Positions 27,501 through 40,000 of a stretch of 64,000 nt of DNA are shown here, in pieces; the first letter of the stretch is position 1, and each line of letters begins with the position of its first letter. Source of the DNA: the human T2T-CHM13v2.0 reference genome, Homo sapiens; NCBI RefSeq assembly GCF_009914755.1, contig NC_060930.1. The stretch is one strand, 5' to 3'. The translations under genes and the position numbers were made by a program. The notes beneath the pieces were generated by a model. It worked only from the letters and a program-made list of their open reading frames with translations. It searched no databases and had not been told where the DNA came from.

Positions 27501-27850
27501 TGGTCTGTAACCTGCACTGGTTACAGCATGCAAGTCCTGCACTGGTCTGTATTGATTACTCTCTGGTTTTTGTACCAGCAAAAGTGGAGTGTTCCAGGAT
27601 GACTGGCATCAGGCTAAGATTCCATGTTCCAAGAGCCACTTGAAATGTTCTTGAATGCCCTGTATGGCTTCTTGGGGTAGTGGGTATTGATGAACCTGAC
27701 CAGTGTTGCTCCTGATTTTAGCTCTACTATCACCAGTGCCTGGTTTACAGCTAGCCCAGGTGGGTTGTCCTAGGCCTATACTCCAGGAATCTTACAAAGC
27801 AGCCCATACAGTTCATCCAGTCCCAGTTCTGGTAACTCCTTGATGTACAG
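24590..27850 (-). pseudogene. Retroviral pol (RT, RNase H, integrase) pseudogene
   Basis: [19 protein letters not shown] (27141-27152), FTDGSS, SAQKAEL, YTDSKYAF, GWVEAFPT, DSDNRPAF; many stops and frameshifts. Confidence 0.92.
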
Positions 27851-28251
27851 TCTCCATTCTTCAGCCTGAGGGATGGTAAGAGTTAACACCATGGCCCTTG
27901 GGTAAGTCAGATTTAGAGTCATATCCCCTTGTGGCCCAAAAGCAATCTGTGCTTGCAGTTTTTGGAACAGGTCTCTTCCCAGCAAGGGAACTGGGCAATT
28001 TGGGAGTTACAGGAATTCATGTTGGACTTCTCTTCCCCCATGACACAACTCCTAGGCCGGCAAAATGGCCTCTTCTCTGGGACCCCTGAAGCTCCAACAA
28101 TAGTTGCACGATGTATGGATAGTGGCCCTATGGGCTGTGTCACTACCGAGTGTTCAGCCCTGGTGTCTACCTTAAAGTCCATCAGTTGGCCCTCTACTTC
28201 CAATATGACCATGGGCTCCTGGGGGCCTAAGGAGATGGAGCCCGGTCTTGC
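27850..28251 (-). pseudogene. Retroviral protease pseudogene
   Basis: FKVDTRAEHSV (DTGA mutated to DTRA) and LGRDL motif, in different frames. Confidence 0.85.
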
Positions 28252-29944
28252 CTAGTCTTCATACCCTTCAGTCCCTGCCAGCCCGATAAGGTTGGCGTCT
28301 GGCTCCTTTGGGGTACAGTAGCCCTTGGCTGGCAGTCTTCTAGTTTTATAGCCTCTGTCATTTCCCTTGTCATCCTCAGACATTTATTCTTCCAGTGTCC
28401 CTTCTTCTTACATCATGTACATTGGTCCCTATCCAGTCTTGGCCAATTTTCGGGTCTTTGCCCAGTTTGGTTCCTTCCTCATCTGTGTCCGCATCCACGT
28501 CCTCTGGTGATACTTGTTCCTCTTTCCATGAGTGCTGCTGCTAGCAGATCAGCTTTCTTCCTGAGTCTCTGATCTGCTTCCCTTTTTGCCTCCTCGTCAC
28601 AGTTAACATACACCTTGGTGACCACTTCCAAAAGTTGGGTGGCATTCATGCCTGTGAAACTTTCTAGCTTTTGTAGTTTCTGCCTGATGTCCCCCTGGGT
28701 TTGTCCTGCAAATGCTGCATTCACCATGCACTGATTCTCAGTAGCCTCAGGATCAAACGGAGTGTAGAGCTGGAACACCTCACAGAGTCTCTCATAAAAC
28801 TGGCTAGGGCTTTCATCAGTTCCCTGAAGCACTTCCGAGATTTTCCCCATATTGACTGCCTTCTTTCTGCCCTCCCTTAGTCCTTGCAAGAGTGCCTCTC
28901 GGTACCTCTGCTGGTGCTATAATTGGGTTGCAACATTTGGGTCCCAGTGTGGGTCTGCTTCTGGGAATTGGCCCTGAGCGTATGCCTGGACATTAAGTGT
29001 GCCTTCTGGTGCATTGTTTTCTAGCCAGCAGAGGGCTGCTTGGGTCACCCTTTGGCGCTCTTCGTTGTTAAACAGCGTCAGGAGGAGCTGTTTGCAATCT
29101 GGCCAAGTTGGATTATGTGTCTGAAAAATGGACTGCATTAGATCTATGAAGGCCTGGGGCTTCTTTGTGTGTGAGGGAGTATGGTGTTTCCAGTTTAGGA
29201 GATCAGTGGTTGAAAAAGGCTGGTAGATGAAGGTCCATTGCCCCCCTTGGATATGGCCATATTAATCATAATAGAGGGGCCCCAAGTTTCCCAGAGAGGC
29301 ATCTGCAAAGCCCAGGTGCGGCCAGACTGGAGGCAGCTTGCTTGATCAGCCTGAATTTCCTCCTTGACCTCCTGGGGCAGTGGTTCTGATTTTTCCTTTT
29401 CGGGTGAAGCCTGGGGCTCATCATTATCTGAACCTGACTCCTAAGGGGCCAGCCTTGGTAAAGCGGGGTAGATTGGGGTATAGGGAGGAGGGATTTCTAT
29501 TTCCTCCAGTGGTTCCTGCAAAACCAGTTTTTCCTGTCTTTCCTGTGGCTTTCCCTTTGTCCCCGTAGCTTCTGGTGAAGCTGATTTTTCTTTCATTTTA
29601 GGTTTGGCTCAAGCCACAAGCATTTTGTAACTAGCCGCCAGGCAGGGCTGTAGTCATGCAGGTCAGGTTTGGACTATATTCAGCCATGTATTAATATAAG
29701 GAAATTGGTCTGGATGCCCTGGCTGTCCTCTGACCCCAGTCACCACCCAATGTATACAGCCAATTGTTCCCCCATCTATTGTTCCTTCGGCTGGCCATCC
29801 GACATGAAAAGAGGGCCATTCTATTTCACAAAGGGTTCTTAACTTCTTGGGGGTCAACATGATCCCATAATCCCCTGTATAACCTTTCTTAAAGTTCTTT
29901 AACATACATTCTAATGGGGTGAGTTTTGACGGCTTCCCTCCCAT
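28252..29944 (-). pseudogene. Retroviral gag pseudogene
   Basis: MGGKPSKLTPLECMLKNFKKG...WPAEGT (matrix); QGTDESPSQFYERL (MHR); CX2CX4HX4C knuckle containing a stop; amber codon at 28252-28254; frameshifts. Confidence 0.9.
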
Positions 29945-30596
29945 TTCCTCCCGGTTATGGTGCAACTCACTCTCTTTTGCTTTCACTTCAGACCAATTAG
30001 ACCACCTCCCTCATGGGAGTATTTCAGATGCCATTTAGCATTGGAGGGTTCGTATAAACCCCAAACCTGGACCCCACAATCACTAAATTGTGGGGAGCCT
30101 CCATAAGCTGTATGCAGTTCACCACTAGTCCCAGTCAGTCCCACACTTGCTCGGGACATATGGTCTCACACTAGGAGACTTGCAGTCCCACATGCTCCAC
30201 TCCACTCATTCACACGCATTCACACACTCTCCCACTCCCAGTTCTTCTTCTCAGGTTGGGGTGTAGGTTTCAACCAACTTAGCGAGCCACTCTCATGTCC
30301 TGGGTTGGACTACTAGGTACATCCCGGGAGTTGATCAGACTCCCCTTCCATCCTTATGGGACAGGTCCTGCCTCGAGCCCCAAACCTTACTGCAGTCCTG
30401 TAGCATGCTGTTCCTGGAATCATCCAGTAGCCCCTTAGGTTCTGTTGCACTGACGGGGAGGGGCACTGGGTCACAGGAGAGCCCATCTCTCACCTGGGTT
30501 TAAGTTCCCCCCTTGGCACACCTGAGGTCATGTGTCTCCCCCTGGCTTGGATCCCCAGACCCACAGGCAAAGGAGACAGCAAACCTGTCATCTCCA

Positions 30597-30614
30597 ATCC
30601 TGGATGAGCCCCCA
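30597..30614 (-). promoter_or_regulatory. Primer-binding site, tRNA-Pro
   Basis: TGGGGGCTCATCCAGGAT against canonical TGGGGGCTCGTCCGGGAT (two CpG-type changes), 4 nt after the LTR. Confidence 0.88.
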
Positions 30615-31944
30615 GAAATGTTACATGAATCAAGGGACAGGAGAGACCAATGGGTGGGACAGGAGGATTTTATTAGGAGCGCACCGGCCCAGCAGATTAA
30701 CATCCGAAGGCTGAGCCCGAACAAAGACAGGGCTTGACTTTTATACATGCATCTGAAGGGAGGTTGGCCGGTTTGATGGCACGAAACCTGTAGTGTGGGC
30801 AAACAAGCTTTCAGAAGCAGAACAAAGGCAGTTGTTGAACAGTGACAGGTTTTGTAACTCAAGCATATCTTGTGACCTTACAATGCTGCACAGAAGGGGA
30901 AAAACAGGAACTTACAAAACTTGCAAAAATAATTATAAGAACAGAACAAGGAACAATGGTAAGGGAGAAGAATCTGAAGGGGGAGGCCGAAAAAGAAAAA
31001 CTTGTGTTTTGTTTTTTTGTATCTTCTGCTTCATTTGTGCAGCTGCTATCACTTCTTATTGCTCATAGAGAAATACATCACACTGGGTATTACAGAGATT
31101 CAGTTGTAGGGGATTAACAAAGAGACTGCTTAGTTAAAGTGAGTAGATTCTTTATCTAGCTTATTCTTTGACCTATTTGATTTTAGTTGGTTTGGTTCAT
31201 GGGGACCCTGGCTAAGGAGGATACTCCAAACTCTTGGTAATATCCTTCTGATAGTTATAATAGTTATAATAGTAGTCTGTCTGGTGTGCTGTATTCTCTC
31301 AACAGTTTTAAATGTTTGCATGCAGCCATCTCTAGAATGTCATTCCACTGTCTTCAAGTTGAATGGCAAGAGCTGAAAAAATGTGTGACCATAAGGGCAC
31401 TGTAACCTATGAATTATGTGCTGAGACCAGAAACCCAAAATCATGGTAACTGAGAGTAGTGCTAAGGCCCTAATTTTCAGTCACACTCTTACCTAAGTGA
31501 GAACCTGACCAAAACGAGAGAATTTTTAAACAAAATTGTGGAAAGGCCATTGTTTTGGACTGAGCTTATGCACTAGGCTGCAACAGACCAGACCAAACCA
31601 AAATGGAGTCTCTCATACTAAATGTGACATAACCAAACTAAAACTTTAAGGAAACACATCGATCCTAGAACAGATTAGCTTTTGTTTTTTCCTCTGTATA
31701 TAGCACATTCCAGCATAAGGAGATACCCTCTACTCTAAACCTTACAACAACAACAACAACAACAACAACAAAAAAAAACAAAAAAAACCCTAAAGTTCTT
31801 ATTCCCACCTTACAAACCCCACTGTTCGGCTATTTCCCAGTGGGTCTCAAAACCAAGTAAGTACAGACAATGGTAATAGTGACATCAATGACTAAAGTTT
31901 TGGCCAATCTGTCAAAATTGAGAGGATGACCCAAAGTAGGAAAT

Positions 31945-33123
31945 TGTTCAATCAAGTTTAGCTGATAGCTGCCTCCTTACATATTTTAAGTTCAGCCTAA
32001 ATGTTCCTCTCTACACCATGAACTATAACCCAAATAGAGTTGTATACAGACTGTAGTGTCAATGAAAAGAGCCAAACTCTGTAAAATATTTGAAGAGATT
32101 TATTCTGAGCCAAATATGAGTGACCATGGCCCATGATACAGCCCTCAGGAGGTCCTGAGAACATGTGCCCAAGATGGTCGGGGTGCTGCTTGGTTTTATA
32201 CATGTTAGGGAGGCATGAGACATCAATCAAATACATTTAAGAAATACATTGCTTTGGTCCAGAAAGGTGGGACAACTCTAAGGTTGGGGGGCGGCTTCCA
32301 GGCTATAGGTAAATTTAAACATTTTCTGGTTGACAATTGGTTGATTTTGTGTAAGACCTGGGATTGATAGAAAGGAAATGTTCAGGTTAAGATAAAATAT
32401 TTTGGAGAACAAGGTCCCTTTGAAATCTTATAGTGGCTTCCCTTAGAGACAATAGATGACAAATGTTTCCTATTCAAATCTTTAAAAGATGCGAGACTTT
32501 TAGTTAATCTCTTTAGGATTGGGAGGGCCTGGAAGGAAAAGATCTAGCTATGTTAATAGATTCTCTACAGATGGAGATTTTCCCCCACAAAGGACAGCTT
32601 TGAAGGGCCATTTCAAGATATGGCAAAGAAACATGTTTTGGGATAAAATATTTCGATTTTTCTTTTTTTCATTGTCTTGTAATATTACACCAGAGTCAGG
32701 ATGGAAAGTAAGTCACAGTATAGAGGGTTAAGTAAAACCCATCCAATGAGAAGTTACCGTTTGTAGGGCATGACTCCCCAGACCTTTTAGATAGGAATTT
32801 GGGCAAGATGAAAAAGTCAGAACTTAGTCCTCAGTAGCCAAATCTTGTGCCAATCACTGAGTTTTGGCCAATCAAAGGTGGCCAAGTGTTCAAACCAGGT
32901 CCAAATAAGGCAAACACTGAGCTGTAACCAATCTTGCTGTTTCTGTACCTCATTTCCATTTCCTGTATATCACTTTGCTTTTACTCTCCACAAATCTTCC
33001 AACATGTGGCTGCACTGGAGTCTCTGAGCCTACTCTGGCCTGAGAGGCTGCCTGATTTGTGAATCATTCTTTGCTCAATTAAACTCTGTTAAACTTAATT
33101 TGGTCAAGATTTTTCTTTTGACA
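31945..33123 (+). mobile_element. MER57 3' LTR, interrupted by MER4E
   Basis: Preceded by a purine tract; homologous to 20636-21031. Confidence 0.87.
32057..32833 (-). mobile_element. Solo MER4E-like LTR
   Basis: TG...CA termini; perfect TSD GTAG (32053-32056 / 32834-32837). Confidence 0.85.
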
Positions 33124-33399
33124 CCGGTATTCATGGTGTAAACATTACTTGGAAGCACCGAGTGGTCTGCCTAATCAAAAAAAAACAATAGAAAGTGGAG
33201 AGTGCTTTTTTCCCCAGAGAGCTGGGCTGAAGACAGGAGTTAGGAAAAGAGCTGTAGACTACTATTTTCATTATAAGGCTTTCGGTATAACTTGGCTTTC
33301 AAAATTACATAAATGTCTGATTTGGGAGACAAATTTTAAGTTTCATCTAAGGAGACAGACCTAAGGAAGATGTGATTAACTTTACATGGAACATGCTCA

Positions 33400-33555
33400 A
33401 TGTCTCAGTCTGTTCAGGCTGGCACAACAAAGGATCATAGACTGGGAGGTTTAAGCAAGAAAAGTTTATTTTCTCACAGTTCTGGAGGCTTGAAGCCTGA
33501 GATCAGGGTGGCCCACATGGTCTGCTTCTGATGAGGGCTCACTTCCTGGCTTTTC
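33400..33555 (-). mobile_element. MaLR (MST/MLT1A) fragment
   Basis: TTTATTTTCTCACAGTTCTGGAGGCTTGAAG motif. Confidence 0.6.
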
Positions 33556-33914
33556 AGGGAGGGAAGGCTGAGACAAGGTACAGGGGCAGGCTGCAGCCTG
33601 GGGCGTGTTAGAGGGAGCCCGCAGGAGGGATTTCCTTCAGCACAAACCTAGCCCCTATACCTCCTGGTCTCTGGGGAGGTGGAGAGCTTTGTCTCATTGG
33701 GTGTTGGAGCTCTTGCAGGGTGAGTTGGGCAGGTGGAGGTAGCTTGCTCTGCCCAGAGCTGTCCCCAGCTTGCTGGCTGACAGACCTGAACCACACCCTC
33801 CAGCTTAGCCTCACTCAGCCATTCATATTTTTCCCTTTATCTGTGACTTCTTTAATTTCTTAATTCTTTTATTTTCCAAATTGTTCCCAACATGAACCAG
33901 GAAGAGGGGGTGGC

Positions 33915-34190
33915 AGTCTAGGCAAAGAAAGGCAGATTTATTGGAGAAAGTATGAAAATACATTCAAAGGTTACAACAGGCAGCACAGCAGAAAAGGGGC
34001 TGTCTGCAAAGAGGTGGGGCTGGAGGGAAGTTTTCTAGGGTTGTGCTGGAGGGGATTCCATGCAGGGTTCTTGTGCCTGAGGAAGGAAGCCATTCATTGT
34101 GCCCACTGAGGTAGTCACACCCTTGGGTAGTTTGTGATCAGCCGTCTCTTAGAACAGTTGTTCATTGTTCTTTCCCATCTGGGGCCTTCC
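33915..34190 (-). mobile_element. LTR47B-like fragment
   Basis: Similar to 7630-7972 (CACAGCAGA-AAGGGGCTG...GGAGGGAAGTTTT). Confidence 0.6.
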
Positions 34191-34867
34191 GGGAAAGGCA
34201 AGATGGGGGTGGGTTAGCTCAGATCACTGTCATAATTTTTTCACTGATATAATTTTTGCAAAGGTGGCTTCAAAAATAGTGCAAAATTGTTGGAGCAAAG
34301 GCTGTGTGGATTGAGGGTTGGAGAGAGGGCAGCAGGAAATGGTAGGAGGTGGTGGGAGATATTTCCAGCAGAGGTAGGAGCAGGCATGGTGGCACTCTCT
34401 GCCACCCTACCAAGGCACCAAGCTTCACTCACTGTGCACCTGGCTGGGTGGGAAGAATAGGTCAGAGGGATGCCACTGAAGACCAGGTGACAGGTGATGA
34501 GGTGACACAGAAATGTGGGCAAGGAAGTGAGGACCTTGGCAGAGGACATAGAGGGGAGGGGACACATTTGGATTATAGCTAAAAGGTGGAATCAATACAT
34601 AAGATTTGGTGACGAGTTGAATGAGAGATTGGCACTGAGGGTGACTCCCGCATTTCTGTTACAGTAATTACATGGAAAATACCTTTTCTTTCTCCAAAAT
34701 CCTGCAGTTCACCTAGATAACTCAACCCAGCACGGCTGGGGGACTGGGCATCCCAGGACATTACCTTGAGAAAAGGATTTTTAGTGCCCTGATGACCCTC
34801 TTTCCTAGCAAGGTGCATATTGCCCACACAACCCGACCTCTCTGGGGATTCCACACAACTTCAATTC

Positions 34868-35169
34868 TTTTTTTTTTTTTTTTTTTTGACAGGGTTTTGC
34901 TCTATCACCCAGGCTGGAGTGCAGTGGCATAATCAGGGCTCACTGCAGACTCAATCTCTCAATCTCCTGGGCTCAATCAATCCTCCCATCTTAGCTTCAC
35001 AAGTAGCCGGGGTTGCAGTTGTGGACCGTGCCTGGCTAATTTTTGTATTTTTTGTAGAGACAGTGTTTCACCATGTTGCCCAGGCTGGTCTTGAACACCT
35101 GGGCTTAAGCCATCTTCCCACCTCAGCCTCTCAACATGCTGGGATTACAGGCATTACTGTGCCCAGACC
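34868..35169 (-). mobile_element. AluJ element
   Basis: Diverged reverse dimer; TSD CTTCAATTCT. Confidence 0.9.
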
Positions 35170-35254
35170 ACATCTTCAATTCTGATTGAAGTATCTAATC
35201 CTCATTTCTCCAATAGAGAGATTAGAAAAGCAGAATACAATACTTAAAAAAAAT

Positions 35255-37060
35255 CCTTTTTTATTTTGAAAAATATTTTAAACTTACAGAAAAGTTGCAA
35301 AAGGTATATAGTAATCTCCCATATACTCTTGACTTAGATTTACTAATTAACATTTTGACACAGCTTTCTCTATCTATATCTAATAATTATTATAATTAGT
35401 ATTACTGAGCCATATGAATGAAAATTGCATATATTATGCCCCTTTATCCTTAAATGTTTCAGCATAGATCTCCTTAGAACAAGGACATTCTCTTCATAAC
35501 CATAGTACAATGATCAATTTTAGGAACTTTAACATTAATGCAATATTATTATTTAAGATAAGGTACAGTTTATAGTCAGCTTTCACCAATTGCCCCAATA
35601 ATGCCCTTTATGGCAACTTTTCCCCAAATTGAAGATCTAATTCAGGATTTTGCATTACACTTAGTTGTCCTGATTCTCTTACCTCATTTAATCTGGAAAA
35701 TTTACTGAATTATTTTGTCTTTGTCTTTCATAACATTGACAATCTTAAAGAACACAAGCCAAGCATTTGGTAGAATTTCCACAATTTAAATGTGTCTGGT
35801 GTTTCTAGATGGTTATATGCAGGTTATGCGGTTTATAACATAAGTCATGTTTTGTCCTCAGCATATCACATCATCGTTAGTGATGTTAATGTTGATCAAT
35901 TAGTTAGAGTAGTGTCAGCCAAGTTATTCTAATATGAAGTTACTATTTTTCTCTTTGAAATTAATAAGTCATGGCTGGGCATGGTGGCTCACATCTGTAA
36001 TCCCAGCACTTTGGGAGACTGAGGTGGGTGGATCACCTGAGGTGAGGAGTTCAAGACCAGCCCGGCTAACATGGTGAAACCCCATCTCTACTAAAAATGC
36101 AAAAATTAGCCAGGCGTGGTGGCACATGCCTGTAATCCCAGCTACTTGGGACTGAGGCAGGAAGAGCGCTTGAACTCAGGAGGTGCAGATTGAAGTGAGC
36201 AGAGACTGCACTACTGCACTCCAGCTTGGGCAACAGAGCAAGACTCTGTCTCAAAAAAAAAAAAGAAAGAAATTAATAAGTCATCTCTAAAGAAATACTT
36301 TGAGACTTCCACTGTCTTAGCATCCATTAATAATTCCTGTGTGAATCAATTACTACTACAATGTTGCAAAATGTTGATTATCTAACTCTATTATCTATTC
36401 TACTTTTATTAGTTGGCTTTCTATTTTAAAGAAGAGCCTTCCTCTCTTTCTCATTTATTTATTTAGTATAATATGAATCAATGAAATATTATTTTTCCAA
36501 GGGTTAGAATTCATCACTATTCTTATTTGTTTTGATAATCAAATTATTACAGATTTGGCCAGTGGGAAGCCCTTCAAGTTGCTTTTTATATTCTTGCAAC
36601 ATCCTCCCATCATTTTATGAGCACTTTCTTACTTTTAAGAACAACCAAATGTTCTTATACTTGCCCTGCCCCACCCTGGAATCAGCCATTTCTCCAAAAA
36701 GTCCTGGCTTCTTTTGGCAGCAGTAGTATTTAGAAACCAAGATCTCTGCTGATTGCTACTGGGATGTCACTGCCATTTCAATGGACAGAGCCAGTAGTAA
36801 CCACTAATCCCAATTCAATACCACATGGTTCTTCTTTGCTTTTTCCTAGTTTATGCTTGTATCTTCTTTCTTTCATGGTGAGAATCCTGAATCCCTCTGC
36901 CACTCCTGGCCCACAGTCAAATTATTTACTTTTTTGCTTAGTGCTGCACTAATAAAGCACAACATAATTCCAGAATTGCTACATTCATACCTCTACCAAC
37001 AACACCTTTACTAAATTGGAGTTGAAGATTTGTTTATAGATCTTTTTGTCTTTAGATTAA
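35255..37060 (-). mobile_element. Old L1MC-type 3' region
   Basis: TTTTATTTTGAAAAATATTTTAAACTTACAGAAAAGTTGCAAAA...; boundaries approximate. Confidence 0.6.
35973..36268 (+). mobile_element. AluSx-like element
   Basis: 16-bp TSD GAAATTAATAAGTCAT (35957-35972 / 36269-36284). Confidence 0.95.
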
Positions 37061-40000
37061 CATCATTGTGTGTCCTTTCAATGATGTGCTGGGCATTGTC
37101 TAGTAGACCCTCTGTCTCTCTAATGACCCAGCAATTTTACACTATAGAAGTTGAAGAAAACAGTAATGGAAATTATTCTTATCCATAGCAACGTAAATGC
37201 CGGTGTCCAGTAGAGATATGATAGTTTTCTGCCCAGTAGAAATATGCCAACAAACATGCGTTGTCTTATAGAATATTAACCAGTTTTGCATCCATTGGCA
37301 AACTTACTTCAGCATTCCAGATTGCGCGCACACACACACACACACATTTTGTCCTTCACAAACTTAATCTTTGACCTTTAGGCCAGAACAGTAAGACCAC
37401 GAAGGTGGTTGTGGCATCTGTTTTCCAGGAGACATTTTTCCTTCTTCAGTCTCACCACTGGAAGGTCACAACATTGACTATTCACTGAGTTATTATATAA
37501 AGCAACTAATCCTTTGAAAAATATTGTCTTGCTCATTGCTCTGTGAGACCAGCAGAAAATCAACTCTGGGTGATACGCTGATGGTGAAAGGACTAGAATG
37601 GGTAACTGTGCCCCCAGAGAAGCAAACTCTCATTTTGCCAATAGGTTCAATCTTCCCACCACTGTCTGTCCAGAGTTGCTAATGAGTGGCAAAATCGACT
37701 GCTCTCACCTCTTCTCCCAGCAAGGGCTCGCCTCTAGTGGAAGTGCAAATGAGCCCTAACACTGTCCTCAGCAGGAGGCCCAGGAGGAGAAGTAAGAGTC
37801 AGGAATTATCCACTCACTGTCACCGAATATTCCAGAATCAGCTATCAAACTGCAACAACCATCCTTTATCCGGCTTCTCCTGCTTGGTTAGAAGCCTCTA
37901 CAATCTGCTCTTTGCACCAGGGTCTACACAGGTATCTCATGTGCCAATCCTCACACCTTCAACAAGTTCAGATTCAGAGAGGAGTTCGGTGACTCAGATT
38001 TATTTGACCACTGGCCTTTCAGGAAGCAGAGAGCGCTTTCCCCAGGGACTGTCACTCTTCCACCATGTTTCATTGTTTCCCCAGCAGATTGAATAAAGGC
38101 TATTCTAGGAATGCTGAACGCGATGGAAATGCCTAAGATGATGGAAGTGTTGAAAACCTGATCTCAAACTGGAAAGGTTGGAGAGGCTCCTAGAAGAGGT
38201 CAAAATTTGAGCTTTGTGCACCTGTGTGTGCATGTTGGAATGTGTGTTGAAGAAAGGCATAGAAGGGTGCACACAGCTGGGACACACTTTACTGCAAGGG
38301 GATGAGGTAGGGCTAGAGGTGGGGATGCAACTGATCAAACATTAGCTTCTCTCCAGTAGGATTTATAATAACAAGCATGGATAACTTTTGTATTAAAAAA
38401 ACACAATAAAGCAAAAGGGGATAAACAATCTAGAGGTTTCTTGTTGAACAATAGTATTTCATATCATGAAAAACACTTCATTTTACAGTGGATATGAATC
38501 ATTCCCAGGCTTCTGACAGCCTAAACCCACAAGTGTGGGTGGGTTTGCCCTTTGCTAGGTAACAAGAAAGAAAGAATTTCAAAAGAAAATTTGTTATTTC
38601 ATGGCACCCATCGTCCCAGTTATCTAAGGAGAGAGTGTTAGAGATGGAAAACCCGAACAACTTAGAAAGTGGAGTGGTGTGGTGCATAGTTACAGCTCCT
38701 GGTTGGACTGGCCTGTCAGCACAAACACAGAGGCACTGCAAGAACATGGAGTGCAGGGTGCAATAACCCCAGTGGCCATCAATGCAGTTAAGCTGCCGTG
38801 GCCTCTGCAGCAATTTCACAGCTGGAAGGCATACCAGTAGTCAGCAACGACTTCAGTTCCATTCATGCTGGAGTCAAAGGGCCAATTCTGAAGCTTCTCC
38901 TGCCTGTACCCAGAAGACACAGTCTCCGTGCTATAAATTTAGCTATAAACCAAGCAGAGCTGCCTCAAAAGTCACCTTCTTTGGTCTACTAAAATCTCAT
39001 AGCCCATCTTACAATCTTTTCTCTTCTATGAGCTTCCTGTAATTCAGCAGGGAGAAAACAATTGTTAGAAAAGTAAGATTCATAACAGAAATTTTTATAA
39101 TGTAGGGAAGGAACTCATGAATAGTGTTGAATGAAGCATCCTTCCCAACCAAAGACGACAACAAATGCAAGCAGAATAAAACAAAAACTACACAGATCTT
39201 TTATTGCATGGCACTGAGAGTCCTTGGTCAAATTATGCCTGTCAGAGTAAAACAGCAGCATCAGTTATGTGATAGAACAGTCAGTCCCATCTCCCAACAG
39301 CAACACGAAAGGAGCCCTGGCATAGATGTTGGTTAGAGCAAGGAGATAAAGAACAAAGAAAGGAGAAGGAGAGACTTCAAGGATGGGGCAGGTGCTGACC
39401 TTGTATGTAACAAAGGATTAAGAAGATGCTTCCTGAGAGCAACTGTGATTAAAGTGTGGACAGGACCACCAAGAGCCATTAGAGACCCTCCTTTCTTTGT
39501 TACTTTTTCTTCCCTATGATGGCCTAGATCACTCCTTGCTTGTAGGGATTAAAGGAACTGGGTTCTACCGACTGAGACTCTTCTCATAGCATCATTTTGT
39601 CCCTAAGACTTTCTCCCTTTCAGACTTACCAGCCTTCATCTTCCATTTATTGTCAGTGATTTGCATATTGTGTTGGCTTCCTATACAGGGCAGTGCATGC
39701 TCTGTCCTGCTCTGCAGACTTAAGAATGGATACAGAGTCCTCAGGGTTCCAGGAAGATCCCTTAAAATTTTTAAAAAATCTTTGTCCATAGGGATGAGTG
39801 GCTAAGATGTGGTATATTCAAATTTTTTGTTCCTTTTCCAACTTTTCCCAAAAATACGTTTTTGCCCCTTACAACCCGCTTGTTCTGACATCACATGTTG
39901 AATGAGTCAGAGCTGTCTCACTTAAATGCAGCAAACACTAAAATTGTGCTATTGATTTCTGATGCTCTCTTTACTTTTCCTTTATTGTTAGTTTGTAGAA

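Larger units (their letters stand above)
23074..31033 (-). mobile_element. Decayed gamma-type provirus, HERV1/HERV3 (ERV3-related) group
   Basis: 5' LTR 30619-31033, PBS-Pro, gag-pro-pol-env remnants, 48-bp 3' LTR stub 23074-23121; TSD TCTG/TTTG (23070-23073 / 31034-31037). Confidence 0.9.
21032..31944 (+). mobile_element. MER57-int internal region with decayed env TM remnant, split by the HERV1/3-like provirus
   Basis: Lies between two MER57 LTRs; joining 23021-23073 to 31038-31062 reads [26 protein letters not shown] (ISD plus CX6CC-like motif). Confidence 0.75.

Noticed and set aside
20632-33127. TSD for the MER57 provirus
   Set aside because: Flanks TTGA and CCGG do not match convincingly, so no TSD is claimed
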